Shown here piece after piece: positions 63,299-64,000 of a stretch of 64,000 nucleotides of DNA. Location: the NCBI GenBank assembly GCA_038250235.1, contig JBBSCO010000001.1, positions 64,500 through 128,499 on the forward strand, read 5' to 3'. The stretch's first letter is position 1, and the number at the start of each line of letters is the position of its first letter. The translations under genes were made by a program, and so were the position numbers. The notes below the pieces were generated by a model that saw nothing but the letters and a program-made list of their open reading frames with translations, was not told the origin of the DNA and did no database searches. Source of the stretch: Candidatus Methylacidiphilales bacterium. GTDB taxonomy: Bacteria; Verrucomicrobiota; Verrucomicrobiia; Methylacidiphilales; JAAUTS01.

Positions 63299-63886
63299 AA
63301 TTTACGATTTGACCCTATGAAGTTACAGTTTGATTGCAAGACTTTTTACGCTGCTAACGTGGAAAGATTTGAGTTTTTTTCGGATGGGGACTTTACTGAT
63401 CTTAAGGGCTTGTACCCGGTTGGTGCATGAATAACCGGTCAGCACGGTTGGCATTCTGGCTCATTCCGATCTATTCACGACTTCCGCCTGCACGGACACC
63501 TGAAAACACCGGTATTCAAATTGCTATAAATCTTTATTTTGTCCAGTTTTAGTATCACTTTTTGAGTTTGCGTTACAGGTGCCGTTCAACCGACTGGACT
63601 TTTCGATAATGACGCTGCCACAATTAAAGATCCTACAGAGAAGGCTTACCTTGCTGGTAGTTGTTCCTTTCGCGGTTTTCTACACGAGCCATCATGTCAA
63701 AATTGGTTAACTGCGGTCTGGTTTGTGCGTGTTGATAGCGGTTTATTTCATTTTTCCGATCCTGAATGTTCCGGGTAACACACGGATGCCTGATTCTGAG
63801 CCCTGAACCGAAGCCTGTCCCTTCCTTTATGGAATTAGGGAAAAGGTCTTGCATTTATAAACCAGCAATGGCGGCGGAGGTGTTTT

Positions 63887-64000
63887 TCAGTCCATCCAAA
63901 GGGCTTGCCTAAACCAGGGCAGACCGCAGCTCTGAAAATTTTCCCAGGAAGCCTGTCTGGCCAAACTCTCCAATTCGGCCCGGGTATACGCACGGCGAAC
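63887..64000 (-). CDS. 3' end of a gene whose start lies beyond the window (methyltransferase-like C-terminus?)
   Basis: The frame is open from the window edge: VRRAYTRAELESLARQASWENFQSCGLPWFRQALWMD*, with the stop TGA at 63889-63887. It is not in the ORF track because it is under 60 aa. The function is a guess. Confidence 0.4.
   Translation of the reverse strand, partial: VRRAYTRAELESLARQASWENFQSCGLPWFRQALWMD

Noticed and set aside
1-64000. I searched for tRNA, tmRNA and rRNA genes, transposases, integrases, phage genes, reverse transcriptases, toxin-antitoxin pairs and known defence-system proteins.
   Set aside because: I found no T-loop GGTTCGAAT-type motifs and no recognisable mobile-element or defence protein motifs in any listed ORF. 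Absence by eye is not proof, and short or degenerate elements could be missed.

Overview
This is a dense 64-kb chromosomal window with about 58 protein genes and one ncRNA, the RNase P RNA. I saw no tRNA or rRNA genes, no CRISPR array, and no transposase, integrase or phage genes. All family calls come from reading motifs in the supplied translations. No BLAST or HMM search was possible, and start codons are often uncertain.

Several features suggest a PVC-superphylum bacterium (Verrucomicrobiota or Planctomycetota-like), by inference only: a DUF1800/DUF1501 pair, a long Chlamydia-like form of L28, Tat-exported enzymes, several GT-C and GT4 glycosyltransferases, and K/A/P-rich and P/A-rich low-complexity proteins.

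Housekeeping content:
- Translation and RNA: rpmA-rplU, rnpB, rsmH, proS, valS, rpsR-rpmB.
- Metabolism: lgt, pabB-pabC, trxA, and the agmatine route to putrescine (speA at 28-30 kb, aguA-aguB at 6-8 kb).
- Other: a DnaJ/CbpA fragment, a hybrid sensor kinase, and an AddAB-like helicase-nuclease pair.

Accessory content worth a second look:
1. A translationally coupled operon at 54.4-59.5 kb: GT4, GNAT, DUF2334 and a PHP::GT4 fusion. Its parts list resembles pathways that glycosylate, dephosphorylate, deacetylate and re-acylate a small molecule, rather than a polysaccharide locus. This is my best candidate for an undescribed system.
2. A lower-GC glycan cluster at 16.5-24.3 kb: flavoprotein, RmlD-like reductase, sugar C-methyltransferase, GT-C with a lectin-like tail, a DUF4380-like protein and GT4.
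3. A DksA/TraR-fold protein with a histone-H1-like K/A/P tail and a CxxS-x17-TxxC half zinc finger, co-transcribed with rpsR-rpmB and a 66-aa orphan.
4. A 1215-aa DUF1800 protein with two repeated beta-sandwich-like modules and a Met-rich linker.
5. A 451-aa P/A/S-rich tail-anchored protein behind a near-leaderless promoter candidate.
6. An 8-nt-periodic GCAA motif present in two intergenic sites.
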